The notes below the pieces were generated by a model that was not told the DNA's origin, made no database searches, and was given only the letters and a program-made list of their open reading frames with translations. The translations under genes were made by a program, and so were the position numbers. A stretch of 64,000 nt of DNA from Rebecca billardiae RCC1528 (lineage: Eukaryota; Protista; Haptophyta), in the NCBI GenBank assembly GCA_965240325.2, contig OZ251223.1:4092001-4156000 (forward strand), in the 5' to 3' direction. This document shows, in pieces, positions 1 to 10,906 of the stretch (positions are counted from its first letter, which is position 1; each line of letters opens with the position of its first letter).

Positions 1-2195
1 CGCGCACGAGCACAAGGCCGAGAGCGCCGGCGAGGGCGCATGCGATCGGCACGATCGGCACGCCGTCGAAGAGACCGGGCGGCTTCGGCAGCTCGCCGAT
101 CTTGAACTTGGAGAGGATCTTCTCCGCGTTGTCCGAGTGACCGACCTCCTCGTATGCCTGCGGCGCGCAGACGCCAGCCGGTGGCGAGGGGGGGCGGGGT
201 TCGAGTGAGGACGGGCGGGCGGCGCGACGCAGGCGTGTGGCGCGGGCGAGCTGGCCCGCACCTCAGTCGCATCGGTGCCGACGACGCCCATGATCGACTC
301 GGGCCCTCCCGGATGCTCCTTCATGTACGATGCCGGGATCTTATAGACGTTGCCGCGGATCGCGAGCCATGCGTCATTCTGCGCACGCGGCGGCACGTGT
401 CGGCGGCGAGGGGGGCAGGTGAGCACAGGGCGCGAGCGCCAGGGCAGCGATGCATCGCTCGCTCGCAGAAGGGCGCTCGCGCACGCGCGCTCACCGCGTC
501 GGTGTGCTTGGCGACCTCCTCGAGCTCGATCGGCCCGTCCACCACGGGCATGCTGTCCGGCTGCCGCTCCGGCGCCGAGGCCCCGCCGCTCTTTGCGATG
601 TCGTTCATCGACGAGCCCTGCGCGAGTTTGCCCTGCGACGCGGACGACGTCATGCCCGGGTTTGGCGAGCTGCCGGCCAGGTTGTTGGACGACGAGTTGC
701 GGTTCAGCTGCAGGCCCGAGGCGATGCGACGCATGCCGGCGATGAGCGGCGAGGGCGACGCCGCCGCCGCCTTCTCCGTCTCCATCCACCCGCCCGGCAG
801 CTTGCCCGGCTGCGTCGGGTGCTCGAACGTGAGCTGCGACACAACGCCGCGCGCGTACGTGCGGTGGATCTTGACGCGGAAGATCGGGTTGTTGAGCATG
901 CCCATCACGTTCCAGGTGAGGTGGTTCGGCTGCGTGTTCATGTGCGAGTCCCACGCGCGGCAGCAGATCTCTTTCGCGCCGAGCAGCCGCGAGACGGACA
1001 CGTCGAACGACCAGAGGCAGTGGCACCAGTACCGGCCGTACTCGGTGGGCGTCTCGGGGTGCTCCACCTTGCCGCCCTCCCACGACACGCCGCCGTCGAG
1101 CGAGATCTCCGCGCGGATCACCTTCTTGCCGCCGCCCGAGTAGGCGTAGCCGCGGATGGTGTACACCTCGCCGGCGACCGAGTCCGGCGTGATCGGCATC
1201 ACCTCGTCGTGCGCCGGGCTCTCCATCGCCGAGTTGATGTTGAGCTCGTTGATGATGTAGTCGGGCTTGTACCACCAGCCCTCGGCCGTCGCCGACTCGG
1301 GCGTGACGCCGACCGGCAGCACGCGGTTGTCCATGAAGTGGTAGTGGTTGTCCGACTCGGCCTCGGCGACCTCGATGTGCGTGAGCCACTTGATCATGCG
1401 CCCGCCGATGTACCCCGGGATGATGATGCGCACCGGGTAGCCGTGGTCGGGCAGCAGCGTCTTGCCGTTCTGCTCCCACGCGACCATGATCTCGTTCGCC
1501 GGGTCGAGCACCTTGTGCAGCGGGACCGACGTGCCGTAAGAGCCGTCCTCGCCCTTGGGGAGCTCGCCCTTCGGGCCGCGGAAGCGCACGTGCAGCTTGC
1601 CCTCGGGGTCGTCCTTGACGCCCGCCGCGCGCAGCACCTCGCTCAGCAGGCAGCCGCCCCACACGGTCGTCGCCCACGCCGTCGGGCCCCACGAGAAGCC
1701 GATCGTCTGCTTGACCATGTTCTGCTCCTTGCGCCGGTTGCCCGCGCAGACGAGCAGGACGGGGATCTGGCGGAAGGGCATCTGCTGCAGCTCCGCCATC
1801 GAGAACTGCCGCGGCTTGTCGACCAGGCCCTCCACGTCGATGCGCCACTCGTCCCACACCTTCTGCTTGGCCTCGTCGGTCGGGATCTTGACGGGCACGG
1901 CGCCGTGGTTGCGGACGTAGTGGAGCTGCGGCGGGCAAATGAAGCCCTGCTTCATGCACAGCGTCAGCGGCGGCTCGCAGTTGAACGGGTGCAGGCCGGT
2001 GAGGCGCACGAGCTCCGGGTGGCGCGGGACCCAGTCGTCCGGCGTGCCCTTGTCGCGGTCGTCGACGGCACTGATGTCGAGCCAGTTCTTGGCCTCGCCG
2101 CTCGCGATGTACTTCTTGGCGCAGACCGTCGCCCCCTTGGTCTTGTGGAACGCGTCCTTCGCCAGCTGCTTGTCGATCTTTGCGTTGGTCGCCAT
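1..2195 (-). CDS. NIA: Assimilatory nitrate reductase (Moco, dimerisation and cytochrome b5 domains); 3' end runs off the window
   Basis: Motifs RLTGLHPFNCEPP, LHYVRNHGAVP, LVCAGNRRKEQN (Moco Cys), DHGYPVRIIIPGYIGGRMIKWL and WNVMGMLNN. ATG at 2195 (MATNAK). Introns 379-494 (GTGAG..GCAG) and 158-261 (GTGCG..GCAG) restore the b5 domain: NDAWLAIRGNVY..EHPGG..GTDATEAYEEVGHS. Confidence 0.95.
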
Positions 2196-3133
2196 CTCAG
2201 TTCGCGCGCGATGCAGCACTCCACGTGTGTTGAGGCCGGCTGGACGCACGGTTGGCTGATGCACGGCGCGTCCTCGCTTGTGAGTGGCCGCGGCGAAAAG
2301 TCAAGCTCACGATTCGTTGGTCTGGGACCACTTGCCCGACGACTCTGAGTCGCTTGAAAGCCATCGCCGTATATGGCAAGTGGGTACTTGATCATAGCCA
2401 GACTTCATATGGTGCCGCTTCGGAATCGCCACATCACTTATTGCTCAATTCGCCGTCCCCGTCCTCGCGGACCCTATTAACTTGTCTTCGGTATCGTCCC
2501 AAGAAGGGCATCTGTTCATCATTCGTCGCCGCTCGCCAGATTCTCGAGATTGGTCGAAGGGGTCGAAGAAAGTCGAAGGATCCCGCCTATGGATAAGTAG
2601 ATATACATGTTTCCGTTGTTGGAGGTCGTACAAGAATTATGCGAAGGAAATAACGACTGAGCCGCGAACGTACCCCTATGGAAGAAAATGAATATGGATG
2701 AGTTACATCATCGAGGGAAGGACGCAAGAAGAGACGAGTGTGAATCGTTCGCGAAGGCCACTAGACGGCGGGCCATCTGCCTCGGGAGAGTCGCGGACCA
2801 TTTCTGCGCACCCGCGAGCGGTCTCACAAACACCTGGGGGCGGTCCGCGACGTGCCCTGGCGGCGGCGGTGTGTACGGCCGCACCGCACTGTGCAGCAAC
2901 GCGGCCCGTCGCAGACCCGCGGAGACCGAGTGGACGGTCGCGCCTCGCGGTGCAGCGTGAGCGGAATGAGAATTAGCTCGGCTCTCCGCGCTGTCCCGGA
3001 CTCGGAAGGTCCAGGTGACCCAGTCGCGCGCAAGCGCGATCATGAGCGAACGCGCTCGCGAGCGCCTGCGAATCGGGGCCGAGCGCCTGAGCCGCCGCTG
3101 CACAGCGCTCCTCTGGGGTGCCGAGGCGCTTGA

Positions 3134-4345
3134 TCACGGCGCGTAGGCCACGGCGCCAGGGTGCGGCGCGCGCTGCAGCAGTGCCAGCCACGAGCTGGTG
3201 CCTCGCACCTTGGGTCTCGAGGCGCCGCGCGCTCCGCTCGCGCCGCCCGTCGCTCGCGCGTGGCGTCGGCAGCCCCGCGCGTGTGAGGACGCGCGCGAGC
3301 CGCATCGTGCGCGCGCCGCCGGTGCCCGCGCGCTCCTCGCCGCGTGCCGATGGGTCTTCGTGCCGCCGCCAGCGGCGCCACCGAGCCCGCGTACCCACGC
3401 ACTCCGCTGCGGGCCCGAGGCGGGATGCACCACCGCGGCCGTCTCGTGGGCCGGCGCGGCTGCGGCGGCTCCGTCGGGGCGAGAGCGGGGTGTGACGGCG
3501 GGCCAGAGCGGCGCGCCTGCACTGGACGGTGGATCGGCCGCGCCGCGATCGTCGGGCCCGCGCTCGAGGGGCCCCTGGTCCACGGCACCGGCGGCGGCGG
3601 CGGCCACGCCGCCGTGCGGGCGAGCGGCCGCGAGCGGCCGGTGCGGCCGCGCGCGGGACGCGTCCCCTGAGGCGGAGGCGGTGGGGGTGGCCGAGCCGTC
3701 GGCGGCGCTCGTGGTGTGCGCGTGGGCCAGCCGGGAGCGCAGGCTCTGGCACTCGACGCGCGATTCGTGGAGCTGGCGAGCGAGTGACGACGCCTCGCGC
3801 GCACTGCGCGTGGCGCTGGCGCCGCTCGCGAGCGCGACGGCTGCCAGGCCAGCACAGAGCAGCAGGGCGGACTTCTGGGCGGTGGCCGGGCTGGAGCTGC
3901 GGGCCATATCGGCCGGGTGGGCGAACGGATCGGCGCGCTCCGTCTCCTCGCGCGCCAGGCCGTCACCGCCGGCCTCGAGCAGCCACTCAGCTGCGACGCG
4001 CTGCTCGCGCAGCTCGCACGCGTCGCGCCGGAGGTCGGCGACGAGCTCGGGGAGGCGGGCGGCGGCGTGGGCGGGGACGCCATCGACAGATGCCAGCGCG
4101 AGGATCTCCTCGAGGCAGCAGTGCAGGTCGCCCTCGGCCACGTTGCCCGAGCAGCCGCTCGACGTCAGCCCGCTCGAGCGCGACTCTGAGCACGACGACG
4201 GCGGCGTCGAGGAGCGGTCGAGGAGCGGCGGGGCCCCTTTGGTCGGCGCGCGGTCGATCGGGGAGGCGCGCAGGCCGAGTGCCTCGGTGCACGGCACGAC
4301 GAGCGTGCCCGGCGCCCGCCGGCGGTACTTGGGCGGCGACCTCAT
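3134..4345 (-). CDS. Hypothetical protein with coiled-coil segments, divergent from the sulfatase gene
   Basis: 403-aa ATG ORF with G/C-ending codons and helical stretches (LEEILALA..ELVADLRRDACELREQ; SLARQLHESRVECQSLRSRL). No family recognised; the 3' part may be spliced. Confidence 0.5.
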   Translation of the reverse strand: MRSPPKYRRRAPGTLVVPCTEALGLRASPIDRAPTKGAPPLLDRSSTPPSSCSESRSSGLTSSGCSGNVAEGDLHCCLEEILALASVDGVPAHAAARLPELVADLRRDACELREQRVAAEWLLEAGGDGLAREETERADPFAHPADMARSSSPATAQKSALLLCAGLAAVALASGASATRSAREASSLARQLHESRVECQSLRSRLAHAHTTSAADGSATPTASASGDASRARPHRPLAAARPHGGVAAAAAGAVDQGPLERGPDDRGAADPPSSAGAPLWPAVTPRSRPDGAAAAAPAHETAAVVHPASGPQRSAWVRGLGGAAGGGTKTHRHAARSARAPAARARCGSRASSHARGCRRHARATGGASGARGASRPKVRGTSSWLALLQRAPHPGAVAYAP

Positions 4346-4591
4346 CGCGCGGGGGGCAGCGCTCCCGCCTCCACCTTTCTCACAGCGTGCTGATCGTCAA
4401 GACTCGTCGGTTGCCAAGCGTTCGCAACCGCGCCGGCGCCCGCGCGGCCCGCCCCGCCGGGGCCGGCACGACGGAACCTGGTCAGAAAAAGGAGGGGAAA
4501 GACGTTAGACGTGTCCTGCCGATGCCGCACGCCCCGGAGGCCCGGACCTTTTGTCACCCGGACTGTCTTCTGACGGTCGCAATCTGCAAGC

Positions 4592-6748
4592 ATGGCGGCC
4601 ACACTCGCGGCGAGAGGGGCTCGCGGAGCAGGGCCGGCAGGAAGCGTGCCGCGCTTCCTGCCGGCCCTGCTCCTCGGCGCCCTCGCGTGGCGCGGCGCGG
4701 GCGAGGTGGCCGAGCGCCCCTCGGCCGATGTCTCGAGCGCCGAGACGCGCAACCTGCTGCTCGTGGTCGTCGCCGACCTGAGCGCGGCCGATCTGGGCTG
4801 CTTTGGCGGCTCCATCGCGCACACGCCGCGGATCGACGGGTTCGCGCGCGTCGCGCTGCGGTTCAACAACGCGTACGCTCAGTCGAGTAGCTCCGCGCCC
4901 TCGCGTAGCAGCATGCTCACCGGCGTGCCCCCTGACGCCCTCGGCGTGTACGACGACACCACGCACTTCCGCGACCAGGAGGGCGGCGCGTCGCTCGTGA
5001 CGCTCCCGCAGTACCTGCTGCGCCGCGGGTACAGGGCGGTGTCGTACGGGCGCATCTTCCACGGCGAGCTCAACGACCCCGCATCATGGTCCAGCCAGCG
5101 AGCCTTCGCCGACAACCACACGTACCGCGAGCTGCGCGGCGCGGCGTGGCGCGCCGTGGGCGGAGCGCAGTACGAGGGCGGCGAGAACAACTATGACGCT
5201 GGCCCGCCGCGCGCCGACGAGGCGCTGCGCGCGCGGCCGCCGTGCGAGCGCTCGCTGTCGAAGCCGGTGGACGAGTACGCGGACGAGCGCGTCGTGCGGG
5301 CTGCCGTCGACGCGATCGGCCGCCTCTCGGCCGAGGAGGCGCCCTGGGCGGTCTCGGTCGGCCTGAGCGCGACCGCGCTGCCGTACACGGCACCGGACGT
5401 CGAGTGGCAGCGCATGGCGGCGCAGCCGATGGGCGCGGCGGACAAGCGCATGGCGAGCAGCGGGCGGGCCGCCACGACGCCACGCCCGCGCGGGCTCTCG
5501 GCCCAGGCCGCCGCCGAGCTCGAGCGCATGCTCGAGCTGCGGCGCTTCGGCGGCGTGCCGCTGCTCGGCCCGCTCAGCTACGCGCACGCGGCCGAGCTGA
5601 GGCATGCGTTCCGCGCGGCGCTCCTGTCGGTCGACCGCGCGTTCGGCGCGCTGCTCGACGCGGTGGAGGCGGCGGACAAGACGGAGGAGACGGTGGTCGT
5701 CCTCGTCTCCGACCACGGCTCGAAGCACGCCGAGTACGGCGGCGCGTGGGGCGGCCGCACGCTGCTGCAGCGCGACGTGCGCGTGCCCCTCCTGCTCTCA
5801 GACCCTGGCTCGGTCGTGCACTTCCTCGCGCTCGGCCAGCGGCGCGACCGCGACGGCGGCGGGACGGGCGGCGTCTCGACGGACGAGCTGGTCGAGCTGG
5901 TGGACCTCTTCCCCACGCTGCTCTCCGCCCTCGGCGTGCCCGACTGGGCGCGCGACGGCGCGCTGCGCGCGCAGCTGCGCGGGCGCGACGTGTCGGCCCT
6001 GCTCGCGTCCGCGCACGGCGTGCTGCCGCCGGAGCAGCAGCTGCACGCGGCGCGCGCGCAGGCGGTGGGCGTGATGCACGACGCGGCGTGCGCGTGCATG
6101 GGCTACACGCTGGTCGCGAAGCCGTCGCACCCCGCGCTGCGCACGCTGCGCCGCGCCCCCGTCCCGCAGCGCGGGCTCGTCAAGCTCGTGCACTGGCTGG
6201 CGCCGGGCGCGTCGCAGTGCCAGGCCGCGCGCGGGCACAACGCGAGCGCCGCGCGGGTGGTCACGGCGTGTGCGGGGTCAATGGATCTCTACTTGCTCGA
6301 CAGCCCGCGCGAGCTCGAGCGCGAGTCGATCGCCACGAGCCCCAGGGGCGCTTACATCGCGCGGGGCCTCGTCGACGAGATCGAGCGGTACGCCGAAGCT
6401 TGGACGCGCGCGCCTCGCCGCCGGCTGTGCCGCTACGTCGGCTGCGGCGACGTCGATCTCGCCCCGCTGGCGCGCCGCCGCCGCGTCATGGTCGGCAAGC
6501 TCGCCAGGCAGGGCTCCGCTGGCGCCGCCGTGGGCGCAAGGCGCGTCAAGGGCAAGCCGGAACCCATGGCTGGCCCCGCTGCCCGCCCGGGCGCCAAGCC
6601 GGATGAGCAGGCCATCGCACAAGCCAGGTGGCTCGCGTGGAAGCACATCACGACGCATCGGCACGGCTATGTGCAACGCAACCCGCGCGCGGCCAGGACT
6701 CCCGTCCCCGACGACTCCGAGTTACCATCGTCGCCCGGCTGGCCGTAG
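4592..6748 (+). CDS. Secreted sulfatase-family protein (iduronate/choline-sulfatase-like) with a Ser-type motif
   Basis: Hydrophobic signal segment, NLLLVVVAD, TPRID, FNNAYAQ-SSSSAPSRSSMLTG, TLPQYL..GY..YGRIFH, TVVVLVSDHG, RVPLLL, LVELVDLFPTL. Confidence 0.88.
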   Translation: MAATLAARGARGAGPAGSVPRFLPALLLGALAWRGAGEVAERPSADVSSAETRNLLLVVVADLSAADLGCFGGSIAHTPRIDGFARVALRFNNAYAQSSSSAPSRSSMLTGVPPDALGVYDDTTHFRDQEGGASLVTLPQYLLRRGYRAVSYGRIFHGELNDPASWSSQRAFADNHTYRELRGAAWRAVGGAQYEGGENNYDAGPPRADEALRARPPCERSLSKPVDEYADERVVRAAVDAIGRLSAEEAPWAVSVGLSATALPYTAPDVEWQRMAAQPMGAADKRMASSGRAATTPRPRGLSAQAAAELERMLELRRFGGVPLLGPLSYAHAAELRHAFRAALLSVDRAFGALLDAVEAADKTEETVVVLVSDHGSKHAEYGGAWGGRTLLQRDVRVPLLLSDPGSVVHFLALGQRRDRDGGGTGGVSTDELVELVDLFPTLLSALGVPDWARDGALRAQLRGRDVSALLASAHGVLPPEQQLHAARAQAVGVMHDAACACMGYTLVAKPSHPALRTLRRAPVPQRGLVKLVHWLAPGASQCQAARGHNASAARVVTACAGSMDLYLLDSPRELERESIATSPRGAYIARGLVDEIERYAEAWTRAPRRRLCRYVGCGDVDLAPLARRRRVMVGKLARQGSAGAAVGARRVKGKPEPMAGPAARPGAKPDEQAIAQARWLAWKHITTHRHGYVQRNPRAARTPVPDDSELPSSPGWP

Positions 6749-6769
6749 GCGTAACTTCCGCCGTAAGTA

Positions 6770-6820
6770 CTATAGAATATATATATTATTATGAAATAAT
6801 TAAATATTCTTTTTAAAAAA
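6770..6820. other. AT-rich island with imperfect palindrome between the convergent sulfatase and UBC9 3' ends (possible 3'-end signal)
   Basis: tatagaatatatatattattatgaaataattaaatattctttttaaaaaa in a very GC-rich context; AGAATAT..ATATTCT and ATTATT..AATAAT are inverted pairs. Confidence 0.5.
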
Positions 6821-7235
6821 CCAGCACACGGGCCGCGTGCCGTCCGCGACCGCGGCGCCGGCGGCGGCCCCTCGCCTCGCGACGCTGGCAGCCAGACTCC
6901 GGCCGCTCCGAGACGGCAGACCAGTCAGACCGGCAGCCCGGGCAGGCCGCCGCCGTCGTCAGTCTGACTGACTGAGTCGTCACGGCCAGTGCCGGACCGT
7001 CCGAACCTGAGGCTGATGACACTGCAACGAAACGGTGCCGGGTGCCGCACTGCATGGGCTGACTCGAGAGTCGAGATGGGCGACTTGAGTGCATGCCACA
7101 CACCTGCCCTGCCTGGCTCTGCCCGGGGCCACGCCTCCGCGCACAGCACGCATTATGTGCCACCCCGCGCCACCGGAGCCGTGTCCTGGTCCAGCAGTGC
7201 TGGACGGGCCCACAGACAGCACCTCCCGTGCGCTG

Positions 7236-7898
7236 TCACGGCTGGTAGTTCGGATGCTTGGCCTGCTCCCTGACACGTTTGCTGTAGTTCGACGGGTCAT
7301 CCCTGCGCGCGCAGTTCGGCGGGGACTCGCCGCGCGTGCGTTGGCGCCCGCAGACACGTCGGTGGCCGGTCGCACTGCGCGGGGCGCGCACTTGAGGAGC
7401 TGGAATGGCTCTCGTTGCGCGGGGTCGGAGTTGTTCGGGTTGTCGAGCAGATCCTGGATGCCGATGAGCATCTGCTTCACCGTGATCGACGGCTTCCATC
7501 CCTTCTGCTCGTCGAGGATGCTCAGGCAGATCGTGCCAGAGGGGTACACCTGCGCGCGTGGACCGCCGGCCCAGATCAGCGCCGTTCAGAGTCAGCTCAG
7601 CCGCGCGCTCTGGGCAGAGCCCTCTGGCCCGCGTGGCGCGCACGTTAGGGTGGAAGAGGCCGGGCACAAACTTGCACTTTGGCGGCTTGCTCGGGTACTC
7701 GTCCGAAAACTCCATCGAGACCCTGTACAGCCCGCCCTCCCAGTCGGTGCCCTTCTTCCCCGGCACGGCGCAGTCCCAGAACATGAGGTTGAACGAGCCA
7801 TCCTCGTTGCTGCGTGGCTTGGCAACGAAGCCATGCGGGTGATCCTTGCGCCAGTTCTTGCGCTCCTCAGTGAGCCGTCCACGAGCGATGCCAGCCAT
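7236..7898 (-). CDS. UBC9: SUMO-conjugating enzyme Ubc9, 3 exons, 159 aa
   Basis: [76 protein letters not shown]. Exons 7898-7644, 7549-7392 and 7302-7236; GT-AG introns 7550-7643 and 7303-7391. Confidence 0.96.
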   Translation of the reverse strand: MAGIARGRLTEERKNWRKDHPHGFVAKPRSNEDGSFNLMFWDCAVPGKKGTDWEGGLYRVSMEFSDEYPSKPPKCKFVPGLFHPNVRATRARGLCPERAAELTLNGADLGRRSTRAGVPLWHDLPEHPRRAEGMEAVDHGEADAHRHPGSARQPEQLRPRATRAIPAPQVRAPRSATGHRRVCGRQRTRGESPPNCARRDDPSNYSKRVREQAKHPNYQP

Positions 7899-8788
7899 GG
7901 CCGGGGGGCTTGCACGATGCCGCCGCGCTCCGCGGGACCACGACAGGCCGTTCTAGACACACCTCGTCCTGCGACGCCGGTGAACACTGGACAAGGCGCT
8001 TCTGCCGTGACTGGCGAGCGCGCGCGGAGTGCGCGAACCAAACAAAGTGCGCACGGTACGGCGCATGCACGACTATTTTTTATTCGACGCTGAAAATCTG
8101 CCCGTTTCCGATGCACCGCGGGCGTGTGCCGGACGACGAACGCGGTTGCCGGGCGCGACGCGTACCATGCCCTGCGCGTTTGCAGCCCGGTCGCGGGAGC
8201 GCGGCTCCACGGCGTCACGATGAGATTCGTTATGCGTGTGACGGCTCGTTGTCAAACCGGGCACTGGCTTAGTCCGCACTGCTCGTGTCACTCATGTCAG
8301 CCGCCGCACGGGCCCCGTGGCGCCCCGCGACCTGGCGTTAGTCCGTCCTGAGTCGCTGCCAGTGGCCTGGGACTCACGGTCACTGGCAACGGCTCAGGAG
8401 GGACTTGTCAAACGGAGCCCGTTGCCCCATGCTATACGCTAGACAGTGCTGTGCTACGTCTGGAGCCGCCCATGCAGGAGAGCCACCTGCCCTCCGACAC
8501 GCGAGCTCGCGGGCGTCGCTTCTTACTAAGGCGCCATGCCGCTCTTCGTCTTTTCGCGCGGATTCCGCGGAAACACGCGGGTCCGTGGTACCCCCGAGCA
8601 AGCACTGCCGACATTTACAAAAGCGGCTGATGACCGACGAATATACGGGCCAAGGCCGCTCAACTGCTCAGAATGCTTTCCACCTCGCCACGGTTCGTCG
8701 GTAATTGTCGGCTGAGACTGCGAGACTTGCCCGAGACGACTCCGCGAAAACGCAGGTTTGGGGCATGGCATCGGCCTTGATTCTGCAC

Positions 8789-8830
8789 CGGGAGTCGACG
8801 CCCCGAGCCGACTCGGGGCGTCGACACCCG
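8789..8830. repeat. Inverted repeat (14-bp perfect stem, 4-nt loop) just upstream of the alanine dehydrogenase ATG
   Basis: cggg-a-GTCGACGCCCCGAG-ccga-CTCGGGGCGTCGAC-a-cccg. Confidence 0.85.
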
Positions 8831-8882
8831 CGTCCCTGCGCCGCTGCGCAAGACGAAAACTTGGACCGTCCAGTCCAGCATC

Positions 8883-10220
8883 ATGCTCTCCTCGCTCAAG
8901 CCCACGCAGTCGCTCGCTCGGCCACACGCCGCAATGCTCGGTGTCGGCGCCCTCAAGATCGCAACACACGCCAGTGGCCGTGTGGCCTGCGTCGGCATGG
9001 CCCAGCACGCCCTGCGCTCGGCGTCCACTATCGTGGGCGTCCCCAAGGAGATTAAGAACAACGAGAACCGCGTCGGCCTCACGCCGGGCACCGTGCGCCA
9101 GCTGGTCGCGCAGGGCCACGAGGCGGTGGTTGAGTCCAACGCGGGCGCCGGAATCGGCCTGAGTGACGACCAGTACGTGCAGGCCGGCGCGCGCATCCTC
9201 GGCACCGCCGAGGAGGTCTTCAGCGTGGCCGACATGATCGTGAAGGTGAAGGAGCCGCAGCCCGCCGAGTGCAGGATGCTGCGGCCGGGGCAGGTGCTCT
9301 TCACGTACCTGCACCTCGCGCCCGACCCGCTGCAGACCCAGCTCCTCCAGGAATCGGGCGCCATCTGCGTCGCCTACGAGACCGTCACCGACGATCGCGG
9401 CACGTTGCCGCTGCTCGCGCCGATGAGCGAGGTGGCCGGCCGCATGTCCATCCAGGCCGGCGCGCACTGCCTCGAGAAGACGCACGGCGGCGCGGGCGTG
9501 CTGCTCGGCGGCGTGCCCGGCACGCCCCCCGCCAAGGTGGCCATCCTCGGCGGCGGCGTCGTCGGCACCAACGCCGCGCGCATGGCCATGGGGCTGGAGG
9601 CACACGTAACTGTGCTCGACCGCAGCCTGGAGCGGCTGCGCCAGCTCGACCTGGCCTTCGGCCGCCGGCTGAACACGCAGTACGCGGACCTCGAGAACGT
9701 CGAGCGTGCGGTGCTCGAGGCCGACCTCGTGATCGGCGCGGTCCTCGTCCCCGGCGCCGCGGCGCCCCGCCTCGTCACGCGCGACATGGTGCGGCGCATG
9801 AGGCCGGGATCCGTCCTCGTCGACGTGGCGATCGACCAGGGTGGCTGCTTCGAGACGTCGCACGCAACGACGCACGCCGACCCGACGTACGTCGTCGACG
9901 GCGTGGTGCACTACTGCGTGGCGAACATGCCGGGCGCCGTGCCCCGCACCTCCACCTTCGCGCTCAACAACGCGACCGCGCCGTTTGTGCTCGCCCTCGC
10001 CAACAAGGGGTGGCAGCAGGCGCTGCTCGACGACGCGCACCTGCTCAACGGCCTCAACGTGTGCCGCGGCGAGCTGACGCACCCGGCGCTCGCGCACCTC
10101 GGGGCGGTGATCCCGGCGGCGAAGGCGCTCGCCGACGCCAAGCCGCTGACGCGCGAGGAGATCGCCGCGCTTCGGACCGCGCTCCCGTCGCACGCGCTCC
10201 TCGCGAACGGAGGCGCGTAG
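8883..10220 (+). CDS. ald: Alanine dehydrogenase, bacterial type, with N-terminal transit-peptide-like extension
   Basis: [87 protein letters not shown]. Intronless. Confidence 0.95.
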   Translation: MLSSLKPTQSLARPHAAMLGVGALKIATHASGRVACVGMAQHALRSASTIVGVPKEIKNNENRVGLTPGTVRQLVAQGHEAVVESNAGAGIGLSDDQYVQAGARILGTAEEVFSVADMIVKVKEPQPAECRMLRPGQVLFTYLHLAPDPLQTQLLQESGAICVAYETVTDDRGTLPLLAPMSEVAGRMSIQAGAHCLEKTHGGAGVLLGGVPGTPPAKVAILGGGVVGTNAARMAMGLEAHVTVLDRSLERLRQLDLAFGRRLNTQYADLENVERAVLEADLVIGAVLVPGAAAPRLVTRDMVRRMRPGSVLVDVAIDQGGCFETSHATTHADPTYVVDGVVHYCVANMPGAVPRTSTFALNNATAPFVLALANKGWQQALLDDAHLLNGLNVCRGELTHPALAHLGAVIPAAKALADAKPLTREEIAALRTALPSHALLANGGA

Positions 10221-10906
10221 TGAGGAGGCGCGCGCGCACACCTGCCTGCACACCGCCACCCCGTGCCCTGCACTCCGAGGTGGGGGGCGTGAGCGGCCGC
10301 GACCGCCACGGCTCTGGCCGCCGCTTCTGCTCCGTCAACGCGCCGCCCACGAGCCGGCGCAACACGCCCGCTCCATGGACGTTGCGGCACCGCCCCTGCT
10401 GCCTCTGCACACCGTCAGGCCCGCGCAGCTCAGATGCGCCATGCGGGCTGCGTCCCTGCACCCGAGTCGCACACGAACGCACACGGCAGTCAGCACACCA
10501 ATCACCACTGTCAGTCACGCGCCATCTGCCGCCGCGAGTCGGCGCCTGCAGCCACGCGACGAAGCCCGAGGCCGCGGCCCATAGTCCGTCACCGTGCCTG
10601 CCTTGCACTCACACGTGCCTCAGTCACCGCCCTGTCTCATCGTCCCGCCCGATCAGTCGGTCGTCTCGCAGCAAGTTAAAGTCTGAATCACGACGATCGA
10701 TCCACGGCGACACAGCGGATTGCCCGTTTGTCGCCGGACGCAGCCTGCCGGACGCCGGCGGCGGCACCCTCCCGCTCGGTCTAGTTGGGTTTCGTCCCTT
10801 CTTGGGGCTTGGCCGTGGACTTTACCCACGATCATCGAGCCTCCACCGGCGGCGGCCCCCGCCGACGACAGAGCCCAGAGCCACCGGCACCGACGAGCCC
10901 GAGGCC

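Noticed and set aside
9269-10906. Apparent 1161-aa ORF extending the WD40-TPR gene upstream across ald
   Set aside because: The upstream part is an out-of-frame read through ald and intergenic DNA; recognisable sequence starts at ATG 10907.
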